29,802 nt of DNA, taken from a virus. Lineage: Duplodnaviria; Caudoviricetes. The position numbers and the translations under genes are program-made. Positions 1 to 9,715 of the stretch are shown one piece after another; position 1 is the first letter of the stretch, and each line of letters opens with the position of its first letter. The notes beneath the pieces were generated by a model. The model saw only the letters and a list, made by a program, of their open reading frames with translations, was not told where the DNA came from and ran no database searches. The stretch spans positions 1 through 29,802 of IMG/VR virus record IMGVR_UViG_3300020045_006023. One strand, given 5' to 3'.

Positions 1-201
1 TACTGTGGAGGCTGAAAGTTTTAGATGGATGGCGATTTCATCAAACATACTCAATTGACTCATTCCGGAATTTGCAGATTTGAAATTCAGATAGTAATCA
101 TAGATTTCGAAATGCCTGGAAACGGAGCAAGATATTACCCCGTCTTGAATCATCTTTTTTACGGTTTCGGGTGGTATGTTGTACTTTTTATCTAAGCTCA
201 T
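1..201 (-). CDS. Small putative HTH DNA-binding protein (partial, runs off the window)
   Basis: Not in the ORF track. ATG at 201 overlaps the tape-measure stop (ATGA). Translates MSLDKKYNIPPETVKKMIQDGVISCSVSRHFEIYDYY...MFDEIAIHLKLSASTV, ending in an HTH-like pattern. Confidence 0.6.
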   Translation of the reverse strand, partial: MSLDKKYNIPPETVKKMIQDGVISCSVSRHFEIYDYYLNFKSANSGMSQLSMFDEIAIHLKLSASTV

Positions 202-2258
202 ATGCGCGAAGTTCTTTCTCTAAATCGTACACGTCGGCCAACCTTTTCGCCTTCAGTCCATGAGACAAAGGCAGGAGGCATATTTTTAAGTGCGTTAGCT
301 GTTATCATCGCCTGCTGGGTGGAGGCTGTGTTTTGGTTGGTTACAAATCCGCCGTCAGCGTAACCTCTAACTCGCATATTTTCAACAGCCGAAATATGTG
401 GTGCGGCCGCTGGACTGTTTACGATATGTTTAGGAATCACATATTCATCCGCATGCACAACTCCTGCTACTTGGTTTCTATCCCCTGCTCCTGTCCATCC
501 CCCATCAGCGAATCCTATTCCGTTAATTGCGGCTACGTTTGCCAGACCTGTGGCTATGGCAGCAGCTACGTAAGTACCCGCAAGAATCGGTGAAGCAACG
601 GTAGGCGGTGTAAACGCTGCCTCGTATGCCTTTTGTGCTGTGGAATATGTAGAAATTAAAGTTTGCGCTGTAGCAAAAATCTTATATTCTGCCGACTGTT
701 GATCGAAAAGTGAAGCCGCTGCCCCAGCAATGGTAGCCGCTGACGCTAATTGTGCTTCGTCTACTTGTTGCTTTAATCTTGCACTTTCCTTTTTAAACGC
801 TAAATCCTTTTCGTAGTACTGCTTATTGAATTTTAAAAGGCTGTCATTAATGCTTTTTTGGGCATTAATCTGCATCTGACCGCCTTCTATTAATGCCTCT
901 GTTTTAGCGGCCTGGGCTTTTTCTTCTTCTGTTTCTGTGTTATCGTTTTGCCCAAATTCAAAAGCATCAACACCTGAAACGGCTCTACGTTGTGCCCGTT
1001 CATCCTGGGAATCAGCCTTTCTAATTTCCTCTTGTAACTTAGCTTGTTCCCTTAGTTTGTCATTGATTGAGTCAACATCCGATAATATTTTTTTAGTCCT
1101 TTGGGCGTATTCTCCTTCAAGATTCTTAACCTCATTACGGACGCTGATCAGTAATTGCAGTTGTTCGTCTGTGAGTTTATTAACACCTCCGAGTCTTTGG
1201 GCTTCCTCCTCAAGGAATGATTTTCTAAGTTTTGCATTCGCTACAAGAATTTCAAATCGCTCCTTCTCAAAGCCTAAAATTTGCTTATCAATCGCTACCC
1301 GTTCAAGTTCTGTAGTTGTTTCTTCCTCCCGCTTAGTAGTTAGGACAGATATTTGCCTTTCAAGTTCTGCAATCTGCTCACTTTCCTCTATCTGACTTCT
1401 TAATAAATCGTCATAAGCGGCTTTAGCCGCTGCCAGGGCTTCTGTTTCTTCTACAAGCCCTGAAACATACCCACCTGTTACTGTATCCAGTAATTTTAAA
1501 CTTCCTATCAACGCCTGAACAGGAGGGAAGGCCAGTAACATTTCTTTAGTAAACCCACCAAGTCCTGAGTCACTTGAAATTAAATCTGTGAAGTTCTGAA
1601 CCAGTTTAGCTGTTTCGCGTCCTAAAATCTGGAACCCTGATTGCAACTTAAATTGTGCTGATTCTAACAGTTCGGCCCCATCACGAGTAGAAAGGAAAGC
1701 GGATCCTAACAATCCAATAACTCCAGCCGCAGCGGTAGCAGGGTTTAAAAGTGCGGTAGCTTTACCAGCAAAATCCCCCACAGAAACTCCGGCGACTTTA
1801 ATTTGGCTTGCTGCATCCGCAAAGGCTTTCGGATAGTTTCCTATTTGATCTTTGAAAAGACCCGCATTATCAGAAGTCTTTGAAATTTGAGCGTTAAGGT
1901 TTTTAAGTTCATCCGCTAATTCCTTCTGACGTTTTGCGCCTGCATCTGTCTTTGTATTTAGATTATCGTACTCTTTGGCAAGCTGTGAAACCCGGGCCTT
2001 AACAGCGTTACGTGAATTAGATTCTGCATCCAGTAATTTATTTAAACTGTTCTTTTGTTGCGCTTCAGCCTTTAAAGCACGTTGAAGTTTTATGTTAGAC
2101 TCTACGTACTGATCTTCTGTGATCTTCCCGGCTTTGTATTCTTTATTTAAATCTGCCTGCTCTTTTTTTAGCGCACGAATATTTTTCTCCGTTTGGACGA
2201 GTTGCTTTTGCGCCTGGGTCTGGTCGACTTCAAAATTTAAAATAATTGTCTCCTCCAT
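198..2258 (-). CDS. Tail tape measure protein
   Basis: 686 aa with long coiled coils, Ala/Gly-rich hydrophobic blocks and the typical TMP C-terminal motif GFADGGWTG...AGVVHADEYVIP...GYADGG. Confidence 0.85.
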   Translation of the reverse strand: MEETIILNFEVDQTQAQKQLVQTEKNIRALKKEQADLNKEYKAGKITEDQYVESNIKLQRALKAEAQQKNSLNKLLDAESNSRNAVKARVSQLAKEYDNLNTKTDAGAKRQKELADELKNLNAQISKTSDNAGLFKDQIGNYPKAFADAASQIKVAGVSVGDFAGKATALLNPATAAAGVIGLLGSAFLSTRDGAELLESAQFKLQSGFQILGRETAKLVQNFTDLISSDSGLGGFTKEMLLAFPPVQALIGSLKLLDTVTGGYVSGLVEETEALAAAKAAYDDLLRSQIEESEQIAELERQISVLTTKREEETTTELERVAIDKQILGFEKERFEILVANAKLRKSFLEEEAQRLGGVNKLTDEQLQLLISVRNEVKNLEGEYAQRTKKILSDVDSINDKLREQAKLQEEIRKADSQDERAQRRAVSGVDAFEFGQNDNTETEEEKAQAAKTEALIEGGQMQINAQKSINDSLLKFNKQYYEKDLAFKKESARLKQQVDEAQLASAATIAGAAASLFDQQSAEYKIFATAQTLISTYSTAQKAYEAAFTPPTVASPILAGTYVAAAIATGLANVAAINGIGFADGGWTGAGDRNQVAGVVHADEYVIPKHIVNSPAAAPHISAVENMRVRGYADGGFVTNQNTASTQQAMITANALKNMPPAFVSWTEGEKVGRRVRFRERTSRI

Positions 2259-4444
2259 TACGGTAATTTTATTAACTCAAGTGTGCAGTCTATTTCACTC
2301 CCTTCATAACCCGTCATTCGATTCAAATAATACTGATTTGATGTTTCTAAACTTTTAATCGTTATCGGCCTCAAGAAATCAATCGTAAGATAAAGACTAT
2401 AGGGAATATTCGCCAATGAAAATAATTTAACAGGGTCGTTCACTATCCGGTCAAACACCTGCCAATATGTTTGAACTAAAGTTCGCTGATAGAATAAAGG
2501 ACTTTCAATAGCCCCAAAACTTAGTGATTGTTTGAAGTCTTCATTTATCTGTCTTCCAGTCTGGAGTAAATTAAAATACCCTAAAGAAACTTCAGTTCGG
2601 TTTGAGTTTTCCCACCTGATATTTGAAAACCCGCTAAAGTTTGACACCTGAATAAAAGGAACATGCCATAATAAATAAACGTCATCGCTTTCGTTGTACT
2701 TATGTTCAAGTTTTGTAATCGTTCCGGTTGCGTCTGTGTCAAAAGGAAGCCCGTATAATTCCACATATCCCGTAGCCACGGTTTCGATAACCCAATCCCC
2801 ATTATAGGTTGGATTGGTGCAGTCGGATATTCGAATCAAATCCCCGTCTAAAAACTTATCGTCTGCGATATTAAACCTGGCCCAGGTTGACGTAACAACG
2901 GAAGTAATTTCAGTGCTGTCTCCTGTTTCTAGTGATATTAAATTTAGTCTCTCCATGCTCATATCAAACACCGGATTGATGTATGACTGCGGATGTGAGA
3001 AATCGCTTTCTATTATATCCTCTGAGTCTGGAAGAAAATCATTATCAGCATTTATTACCCCTTGCCCGTAGGCAAAGAAGTTTTGAATATTGTAATCCCT
3101 GAGCTCATCAAAATCAACCTGTTTATAACTTAGTAGATTCCGTTTCCCGTAGTTTGAAATAAAGTCAATGTAATCAACATCAACCGTTGAAATGTGATCA
3201 GATAAATCAATCGGTGGCTTGCTTTTTATCTTGTCGAACAGGTTAAAAGTAAGCGTTTTCGTTACTGGGTTGTAGTAAGTTATTACGTTAAACAACCTAA
3301 GTATATTAGAAACGTATTCCTGCTGTGTCCAGTTGGGAACCACTGAATTTCCGAAGGCCTTGTAAATAAACTTAGGAGTTATTTTAGCCCAACCGCTTAG
3401 CACATCGTTTTGAGTTGCCCCTGTAGATTGCTGCCATTCAGCATATAATTCAACGGTATCACCAGCCTCTATGTCAATAACACGCTTCAAAACAAAAGGT
3501 GAAATATCCCCTGCGGTTGATGAGTTGTAAAGCCCCCCAGCGTTTAACCCGATATCAACAAATCCAGGATAAGCCCCGTTAATGTAAATGTAAATCCGGT
3601 TATTGTATGATGCATCGACTACCGAAGGAACAAAAGCGGCCTCAATTTCTACACTCATCTTTACAGGCGCCGTGTATCTTGAATTAACTAAATCAAAAGG
3701 ATTGTTCGCCCCGTCGTAATATGGGTAAACTGTGTCGTTTTGGAACGTCATTTTATACTGCACGTTCTCTCCGGGCCTTGCTGTGGTTGTACTTTTTTCA
3801 ACGTAAGAACTGTTAGCATCAATCTGCTCCTGAGACTTCCCGTTTCGAATGGTAGTGATTGAGTTGAACGTTACATCGTTTAATAAGTCTCCTTGAATCT
3901 TAATTGAATGATATTGGAAGATTCTCTTAAAAACAGTTTTAACGTAGATAGCGGCGACAAAGTCCTCTATCTTCATGTGACGATAGCCCCGGGTTACAAG
4001 CGTTCCCGTATCAACCACTGGAAAAACTATTCCTGTGCTTGCTGAGTCGTAAACAATTAGATTTGAAAGCGTCTGATCTACATCTAAATCTGAAAAATCA
4101 ACATCAGTAAGTGGACCTGAAAGAAGTCCAAACCAGTTATTATTCCCTGAAAAGAAAGCTAAGTAAATTATATTCGTTATTCTTTCAATCCTTAAAAACC
4201 CATCATGAATTATCAGGCCGTCATCACTTAAAATCTGCGATGGTATTTTAGTGTAAACTAACTTTGAATTGTTATCTGGGAATGGGTATCCTAATATTGA
4301 AAGGTTGTTTGATGTCGCCGGCGCGGTGAACTGATAGGAGTAATCCCCGTCCGTAGTGCTAATTTCCTCGAATAGTTTTATCTGGCGCTCAACTTCTATT
4401 GAGTCGTCAAAGTCTAAATATCCGTTGTTAGCCCTAAGCATCAT
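2258..4444 (-). CDS. Tail tip/baseplate hub-like structural protein
   Basis: 728 aa, beta-rich, N-terminal YSYQFTAPATSNN tail-hub-like motif, coupled to the TMP gene, with an inserted small beta module (DKFLDGDLIRISD...YNGDWVI). Confidence 0.6.
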   Translation of the reverse strand: MMLRANNGYLDFDDSIEVERQIKLFEEISTTDGDYSYQFTAPATSNNLSILGYPFPDNNSKLVYTKIPSQILSDDGLIIHDGFLRIERITNIIYLAFFSGNNNWFGLLSGPLTDVDFSDLDVDQTLSNLIVYDSASTGIVFPVVDTGTLVTRGYRHMKIEDFVAAIYVKTVFKRIFQYHSIKIQGDLLNDVTFNSITTIRNGKSQEQIDANSSYVEKSTTTARPGENVQYKMTFQNDTVYPYYDGANNPFDLVNSRYTAPVKMSVEIEAAFVPSVVDASYNNRIYIYINGAYPGFVDIGLNAGGLYNSSTAGDISPFVLKRVIDIEAGDTVELYAEWQQSTGATQNDVLSGWAKITPKFIYKAFGNSVVPNWTQQEYVSNILRLFNVITYYNPVTKTLTFNLFDKIKSKPPIDLSDHISTVDVDYIDFISNYGKRNLLSYKQVDFDELRDYNIQNFFAYGQGVINADNDFLPDSEDIIESDFSHPQSYINPVFDMSMERLNLISLETGDSTEITSVVTSTWARFNIADDKFLDGDLIRISDCTNPTYNGDWVIETVATGYVELYGLPFDTDATGTITKLEHKYNESDDVYLLWHVPFIQVSNFSGFSNIRWENSNRTEVSLGYFNLLQTGRQINEDFKQSLSFGAIESPLFYQRTLVQTYWQVFDRIVNDPVKLFSLANIPYSLYLTIDFLRPITIKSLETSNQYYLNRMTGYEGSEIDCTLELIKLP

Positions 4445-4857
4445 ACTTTTTGGGATGGGATTTCGTCCGTGAATAAAACCCTGAATTGTAAAGCGTAAAG
4501 TTTATCACCCTCGTCGTACTTTTTAAACGAATCAGTGTCGACTATTAACGTCCTTCTGTCTAAACGTGAAGTAACCAATTGAACAACCGGTGAAGTTCTT
4601 ATAGATGTCAATGACTCCAATTGATTCAGGCTTAAATGTTGGCTACGTATTATCACAGCGTTTTTAGAAGTCCTGTACGTTTGGCGGTCAATTGTATCAG
4701 CATTCTTACCGTACGAATTACCCCATCCTGGCAATATGTTTTTTCTACTTACCCCAGCATTTTGAACATCTACTTGAAATTCTTTTTCTGCTGACAGTGG
4801 AAAGTATTCATAACCCCCCAGGTAATTAAGCCATGTCAAATAATATATTGTCCTCAT
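4441..4857 (-). CDS. Tail structural protein (distal-tail-like)
   Basis: 138 aa with the motif YLTWLNYLGGYEYF, ATGA-coupled on both sides within the tail module. Confidence 0.5.
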   Translation of the reverse strand: MRTIYYLTWLNYLGGYEYFPLSAEKEFQVDVQNAGVSRKNILPGWGNSYGKNADTIDRQTYRTSKNAVIIRSQHLSLNQLESLTSIRTSPVVQLVTSRLDRRTLIVDTDSFKKYDEGDKLYALQFRVLFTDEIPSQKV

Positions 4858-6569
4858 TCAAGTATACGGAAATCACCGTCCTCCGTTAATCTTATGTTAT
4901 CGTCCGCAATCACTGTATCATCACATTCTTCCAGCACAGTGATACAGATATCTTCAGTTATCCTTGCGGGGTCGGTTTCGATAGACACTGAAGTAAAAGT
5001 GAATCCCACCGTACCCCCCAAAGATTCGTTAATTAAGAAGTAAAGATAAACCGAATCTGCTGTCGCTACTAAATCCAGTACATCTGTATTTGCTCCTGTT
5101 GCCAGGATAAAAGAACTATCACTATCCTCCACGCCTAAGGAAAGATTCAAAAACCCGGCCTGTATTGTCATGGCTCCTATTGAACCTGTAACGTTAGAGT
5201 TTACAGTTATCTGATAAGCTACCCCCGGAATAGCTGGGAAACTTTTGTATAACTTTTTAGAACTTCCTGAAGTTGAAACAGACGGCGCGGATCCGGTCGT
5301 CCAGGTGTCACCGCTTCCGGTTTGAAGGGTTAAAGAAGATAATGAAAGTATCTGCACACCACCCCATGAAGCATACACACAATATTCCCCGGCTGTAAGA
5401 AATTCTAGCGGTACGCGAATGATTCCAAGGCCTGGATTAGTAATGGTCTGATCTGTAACCCCATTAACCGTGATTGTTATATCCCCTCCTAAGTATTGAT
5501 TTATAAAACTTATGTCAAAGAAATACCCAACAATTGCCAGTGGAGTAGTTTGAAGTGTAAGCCACTGCGCGTAATACGTCCCACTATTTAGGTAGTCTGA
5601 CATGTGCGAAATGCTTTCTGACTTAAAAGGAAGTTTAGCGTTCACCGCGAATCCTTCAAATGAGTCTATCGTTACTTCTCCCTCAAATGTTGTGATCTCA
5701 TCACCATCTGACTGGTCGTAGGACTCAAAATACGATATGTAAAACCCTGTTAGAAAGTCAAGGTTATTCGGTAAAGTATCCAGCGTTAGATTGTTCCTGG
5801 TCTCAATTGCGCCCCGTAGAATCTCATTTATTGAAAATAGTACTCGGTTGTTTTCGTCCGGGATTAATTGAAGCGTGGCGAGTAACTCATAAGGCTTTTC
5901 ATCTTCCCACCTGTGCCCGGAAGGGAGACCAGAATAGATATTAACGTTTATACAATAGTTGTTATAATACGTTACCACTGCATATCCAGAGAATGAATTT
6001 GTGACATCATAGGCAAGGTCTATAACGATTGACCACGGCTGTAAAACTTCAATGATTTGATACACCCCTGCTAGTGGTCCAGTGCCTACTAATGAAATCC
6101 ACCCCAAAGCCATCGGGCTCGGTAATGCGCTGTTTAATTCAAGTTGCGTATATCCATCGTTTTCGGATTGAGAGACAACAACCCGCGCAGGATAGGCGTA
6201 ATCTTCTTCACCCTGGTTTGTTGGGTATATGTCAGATTCTAATTCATAAACAATTGGAAGATGGACACACTGCCATCCATGTTGTAGAACAGATACTTGG
6301 TACAAAATATCTGCGTCTTGTTTATAGGCCACAGCCGCGCTATTCTCGGAGTTTCGTATTTTAAATGTGTTGTACGCTGTTTGATCGACATATTTAAAAC
6401 CGTTGTAAGATTCGATATTTGATTGAATGTAAACGTAATCCCCATCAACAAGCCCATGTGAAAAAATAGTCGTAACTAATGCCTCCCCGCTGGAGTCTGT
6501 TATCGATCCATCCAGTTCGGTTCCTGTCAGCTTATGGCCTAATGGATTTCTAATTACTGTTACCGACAT
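4854..6569 (-). CDS. Tail structural protein with FCCH-like beta modules
   Basis: 571 aa, beta-rich and acidic, containing an HGLVDGDYVYI module, in tail gene context. Confidence 0.55.
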   Translation of the reverse strand: MSVTVIRNPLGHKLTGTELDGSITDSSGEALVTTIFSHGLVDGDYVYIQSNIESYNGFKYVDQTAYNTFKIRNSENSAAVAYKQDADILYQVSVLQHGWQCVHLPIVYELESDIYPTNQGEEDYAYPARVVVSQSENDGYTQLELNSALPSPMALGWISLVGTGPLAGVYQIIEVLQPWSIVIDLAYDVTNSFSGYAVVTYYNNYCINVNIYSGLPSGHRWEDEKPYELLATLQLIPDENNRVLFSINEILRGAIETRNNLTLDTLPNNLDFLTGFYISYFESYDQSDGDEITTFEGEVTIDSFEGFAVNAKLPFKSESISHMSDYLNSGTYYAQWLTLQTTPLAIVGYFFDISFINQYLGGDITITVNGVTDQTITNPGLGIIRVPLEFLTAGEYCVYASWGGVQILSLSSLTLQTGSGDTWTTGSAPSVSTSGSSKKLYKSFPAIPGVAYQITVNSNVTGSIGAMTIQAGFLNLSLGVEDSDSSFILATGANTDVLDLVATADSVYLYFLINESLGGTVGFTFTSVSIETDPARITEDICITVLEECDDTVIADDNIRLTEDGDFRILE

Positions 6570-7035
6570 TTTTAAAAGTGTTAACCAGTGAAACTAAATA
6601 TTGTCGCGCGAATGAGTTTAACAACTCCTTTTCAATTTTTTCTACTAAGTTTTCATCCACTACATTTGAAACTATATCCTTCCGTCCTCCTGTCTGCCAA
6701 AGCTTAGTACCTTTCTTATGAATGTTTTTAGCTATCGCATACGCCGGCCCTTGATCTTCACCCCTGGATGTAAGCCATGATTTAATCCGATTCACAAAAT
6801 CCTGGGAAGGTTTGGTATATTGTGGAGTTGGTTTCCTTCCGGTCTCCACTACCATAAAATAAGGTTTTGCTATAACTTTTAAAGTCGCTTTGGTGCCTTC
6901 TTCTGTAACCTCATACCGTAGTGAACGCGAACTTTGACCGCTTGCATCTGTGTTGGTTGCAGCCATATTCCGGCGGATCTCATCAACGGTTGACTGTCCA
7001 TAATTTGACAATATCGCTACAATTTCTCCTAACAT
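6550..7035 (-). CDS. Putative tail completion/neck protein (HK97 gp10-like)
   Basis: 161 aa with motifs ASGQSSRSL, PYFMVVETGRKP and AYAIAKNIHKKGT. Confidence 0.6.
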   Translation of the reverse strand: MLGEIVAILSNYGQSTVDEIRRNMAATNTDASGQSSRSLRYEVTEEGTKATLKVIAKPYFMVVETGRKPTPQYTKPSQDFVNRIKSWLTSRGEDQGPAYAIAKNIHKKGTKLWQTGGRKDIVSNVVDENLVEKIEKELLNSFARQYLVSLVNTFKNVGNSN

Positions 7036-7484
7036 TCTTTACAGTATTCAAAGTCGTCATTAACTAACATCTGAAAAGTAAGCATGTGCCCGGTGAGGAT
7101 ATCAGCTAAAACTTTAACTACAGCTTGCTGACTTACGGAGGTTATTACAATCTTATCCGAGTCGTACACGAACATATTTAAATCGTTTATGAATCTGTCG
7201 ACCAGATGATCTGTTTCGTCTAAAATCTTGCTGTAGTCTTCCGCTGTTGAGTCTTCCGTATCAAACTTGTAGAATACCATTTGAACGGTCCATTGCTTCA
7301 TGTAGTTGGAAACGTTATTATCCCGGTATGATGCACTAGCCGTCAGTAAAGAAGTATTAACCATTAAGAGCTTTTTCTTTTCCTCCTGGTTAAAGTCTGT
7401 TGTCTTCCCGTAACTGTAGTGAATATCGTCCTGAAGGCCTAGGGCCGTATCTTGGATAAGCTTACGGATGGATTTATGCGACAC
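7029..7484 (-). CDS. Putative tail terminator/head-tail protein
   Basis: 151 aa, alpha/beta pattern (ILDETDHLVDRFINDL...LTGHMLTF) next to the gp10-like gene; GTG start. Confidence 0.45.
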   Translation of the reverse strand: MSHKSIRKLIQDTALGLQDDIHYSYGKTTDFNQEEKKKLLMVNTSLLTASASYRDNNVSNYMKQWTVQMVFYKFDTEDSTAEDYSKILDETDHLVDRFINDLNMFVYDSDKIVITSVSQQAVVKVLADILTGHMLTFQMLVNDDFEYCKEC

Positions 7485-7498
7485 AATCGCAATGTATT

Positions 7499-7774
7499 TT
7501 ATTTCTGCTTCATTATCAACCTACGATATTCTGCATCGACTGCAGCCTTATGGGATAGGTAAAGCTGGGTAGTGTAATATTCCCGGGCTGACCATTTATA
7601 AAGCAGTTCAGGGTTTATCCCTAATGTTTTCGCCGCTTCAATAGTGGTCGCGAATTCCCCGAACGCTTTTGAGAGCCTTTCGTAGCCGGCTTCGACTTCT
7701 TCGGGCTCAGGGAAGTATTCCGGGAGCCGCTCTGTGTACCAGTTGATAAGCTCCACTGCTTTAAGAAAAAAAAA
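7499..7774 (-). CDS. Tail assembly chaperone, -1 frame extension (gpGT-like C-terminal part)
   Basis: The -1 frame opens at the T9 run (plus-strand A9, 7766-7774) and reads LKAVELINWY...LYKWSAREYY...KQK, giving a ~258 aa fusion. Confidence 0.7.
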   Translation of the reverse strand, partial: FFFLKAVELINWYTERLPEYFPEPEEVEAGYERLSKAFGEFATTIEAAKTLGINPELLYKWSAREYYTTQLYLSHKAAVDAEYRRLIMKQK

Positions 7775-8274
7775 CTTCCTAACGTTATCACCTCAAACGC
7801 TGGGTAATTATCGACTTCATCCTCAACCTCTGCAACTTTAAGAGGGGAGTATTCACCGTCCCTGAGCTTCTGCAGGTAGATAGCAACATATTTTCCATAG
7901 GCTTTGGTATGCTCTACGATGTTATTTTGGGGTATTTTACGCATTATTTGGCGCATATCCTGGAACTGGGCTAGTGATTCATGCTGAATGTTAAACTGTC
8001 CTTTTTGATTGTTTGGGATGGTGTAAGGGCCGCATTTTATTACTGACTCGGGGAATACTGGTTTAGTGTTAATAAACTGTAAAGCGGTTAAAATATCGTC
8101 CAGACCTATGATTACAGCATTTTTAAGGTATTCGTATTCTAACCCGGTGAAGATTGAAACCAATTGTATGGTATCATCCTGGAGTTTAAACAATTCTATG
8201 TATTGTTTGTAGGTGACCTCATCCCATTGAGTGGGGATGTTGTGGCTCTTGTCGTTTAGTTTGAATGTTATCAT
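7621..8274 (-). CDS. Tail assembly chaperone (gpG-like), ~217 aa
   Basis: Likely start ATG 8274 (MITFKLNDKSHNIPTQWDEVTYKQY). The folded part ends at GSFFF on a slippery run and is followed by a low-complexity S/K/R tail. Confidence 0.7.
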   Translation of the reverse strand: MITFKLNDKSHNIPTQWDEVTYKQYIELFKLQDDTIQLVSIFTGLEYEYLKNAVIIGLDDILTALQFINTKPVFPESVIKCGPYTIPNNQKGQFNIQHESLAQFQDMRQIMRKIPQNNIVEHTKAYGKYVAIYLQKLRDGEYSPLKVAEVEDEVDNYPAFEVITLGSFFFLKQWSLSTGTQSGSRNTSLSPKKSKPATKGSQKRSGNSRPLLKRRKH

Positions 8275-8314
8275 AATTAAAATTTTCTCGCAAATTCGAG
8301 CCTCAGGGCACTTT

Positions 8315-9715
8315 TCATGCCTTATGGAAGCTTGAGTGAAAGGATCCTGAATTGACTTTGTATATTGATTTTGTATACCTAGTTGGGTCAATTAAATGGT
8401 TGAATGAATCAATAGCCACATTTGTTGCCTTTCCTCCATACATCAGCCACTGATAGTTTAAAAGCTCATTTTTTAGATTATGACTGTCTTTATGGATGTG
8501 TAATTTAAAGCCCTTAATCCAGTTTATACCGTTGATAATAGAATCTTTTCCTTTGATTGATGGGGTTATGTTATTCCATCCTCTGCGCTTTAAATCTTCA
8601 ATAGTTCGAGGGTCTGCGCTGTCTGCAGATATCCTGGAGTATTTAGGGATAACAAACTGCATTGCCTGATCCAAATCGGGAGTAGTAAGGCCTTTTTTGT
8701 ACAGAAGTTCCCGTAAATACATATCCTGTTTATGAATCTTAACCTGGATAAGCCCCGATGGATCGTTAGAAAAACCAAAGTCAAGGCCATAAATAGGCGC
8801 AATGTCCGGTTCTTCATCATATTCTGACCACTCAGGGAATACCAAAGCCTCAGAAGATGGTTTTGGCTCCTGCTGGTAAAGGCTGGAGAACGTAAATGGG
8901 CTTGTTTCCTTAATTGAAAGGATACGCTCTAGGCTGTGGCGTTCTGGCCAAAGAGCTTCGCCTATGTCCCTGGGGTCTCCGATTGTTTCACGTTCCTTTA
9001 TAGCCTGATAGACCACCACATCCCAATCATTTTCAACCTGCAGTATTCTACCTGCTAAATCATCAGCGTCCCACCTAGTCATAACTAAAAGCTGTTGTGA
9101 ATCGTTATGAAGGCGGGTTTTAAATACGTCAGTGTACCAAGAATAAACCTTATCCCGAATCCGAATACTCATTGCCTCTTCACGATCCTTGAATGGATCA
9201 TCTATTATCCCTATATCGACCGGGGTTCCTGTCAATGATCCACCAACACCAACCGTTTTAACGAATCCTTTGCGCCCTATTATCTCAAATACCTCTGAGT
9301 TCCTTAAAAAAGTGTTTTTTGAAGGGTTTATTGCGCTTTGTTCGTTTAGTGATGTTCCTGGAAACACTTCTGAATATGGTTTATCGTCAATTATTCTCTG
9401 AATATCCCTATTAAAGTTACTTGCAATTGTAGCTGAATAGGAACAGATTGCTATTTTAAGGTCTGGATTTAAACCTACCATGTAAGCCGGTAATCTTCTG
9501 GTTGTAAGTTCGCTTTTACCGTGCTGTGGAGGCATAAACACCATTAATTTCTTAATTTTACCCCTTGCAAACTGTTCAAGTTTGTTACAAACAAAAAGAT
9601 GATGCCAATTGAAGCGATAGTCTGGCTTTGTGTATTCAATAAACCAATCAAACCTCCTTTTCGCCTTCTCCGATCTTAGAATAGATACGTTCAAGTGTTT
9701 CGATATCGTCATCAC
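8315..9715 (-). CDS. terL: Terminase large subunit
   Basis: Walker A MPPQHGKS, Walker B IGIIDDP, coupling motif VMTRW, and RNase H-like nuclease motifs GLDFGFSNDP, ADSAD and NHLID. Confidence 0.95.
   Translation of the reverse strand: MMTISKHLNVSILRSEKAKRRFDWFIEYTKPDYRFNWHHLFVCNKLEQFARGKIKKLMVFMPPQHGKSELTTRRLPAYMVGLNPDLKIAICSYSATIASNFNRDIQRIIDDKPYSEVFPGTSLNEQSAINPSKNTFLRNSEVFEIIGRKGFVKTVGVGGSLTGTPVDIGIIDDPFKDREEAMSIRIRDKVYSWYTDVFKTRLHNDSQQLLVMTRWDADDLAGRILQVENDWDVVVYQAIKERETIGDPRDIGEALWPERHSLERILSIKETSPFTFSSLYQQEPKPSSEALVFPEWSEYDEEPDIAPIYGLDFGFSNDPSGLIQVKIHKQDMYLRELLYKKGLTTPDLDQAMQFVIPKYSRISADSADPRTIEDLKRRGWNNITPSIKGKDSIINGINWIKGFKLHIHKDSHNLKNELLNYQWLMYGGKATNVAIDSFNHLIDPTRYTKSIYKVNSGSFHSSFHKA

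Noticed and set aside
4840-4870. Frameshift fusing the 571-aa and 138-aa tail genes
   Set aside because: A TGA lies immediately before the ATG in the downstream frame and there is no slippery run; this is a simple ATGA coupling.
333-9401. Opposite-strand or nested ORFs in the track (333, 937, 2119, 2581, 2814, 6074, 6239, 8590, 9189)
   Set aside because: They are shadows of well-supported minus-strand genes and contain no motifs.
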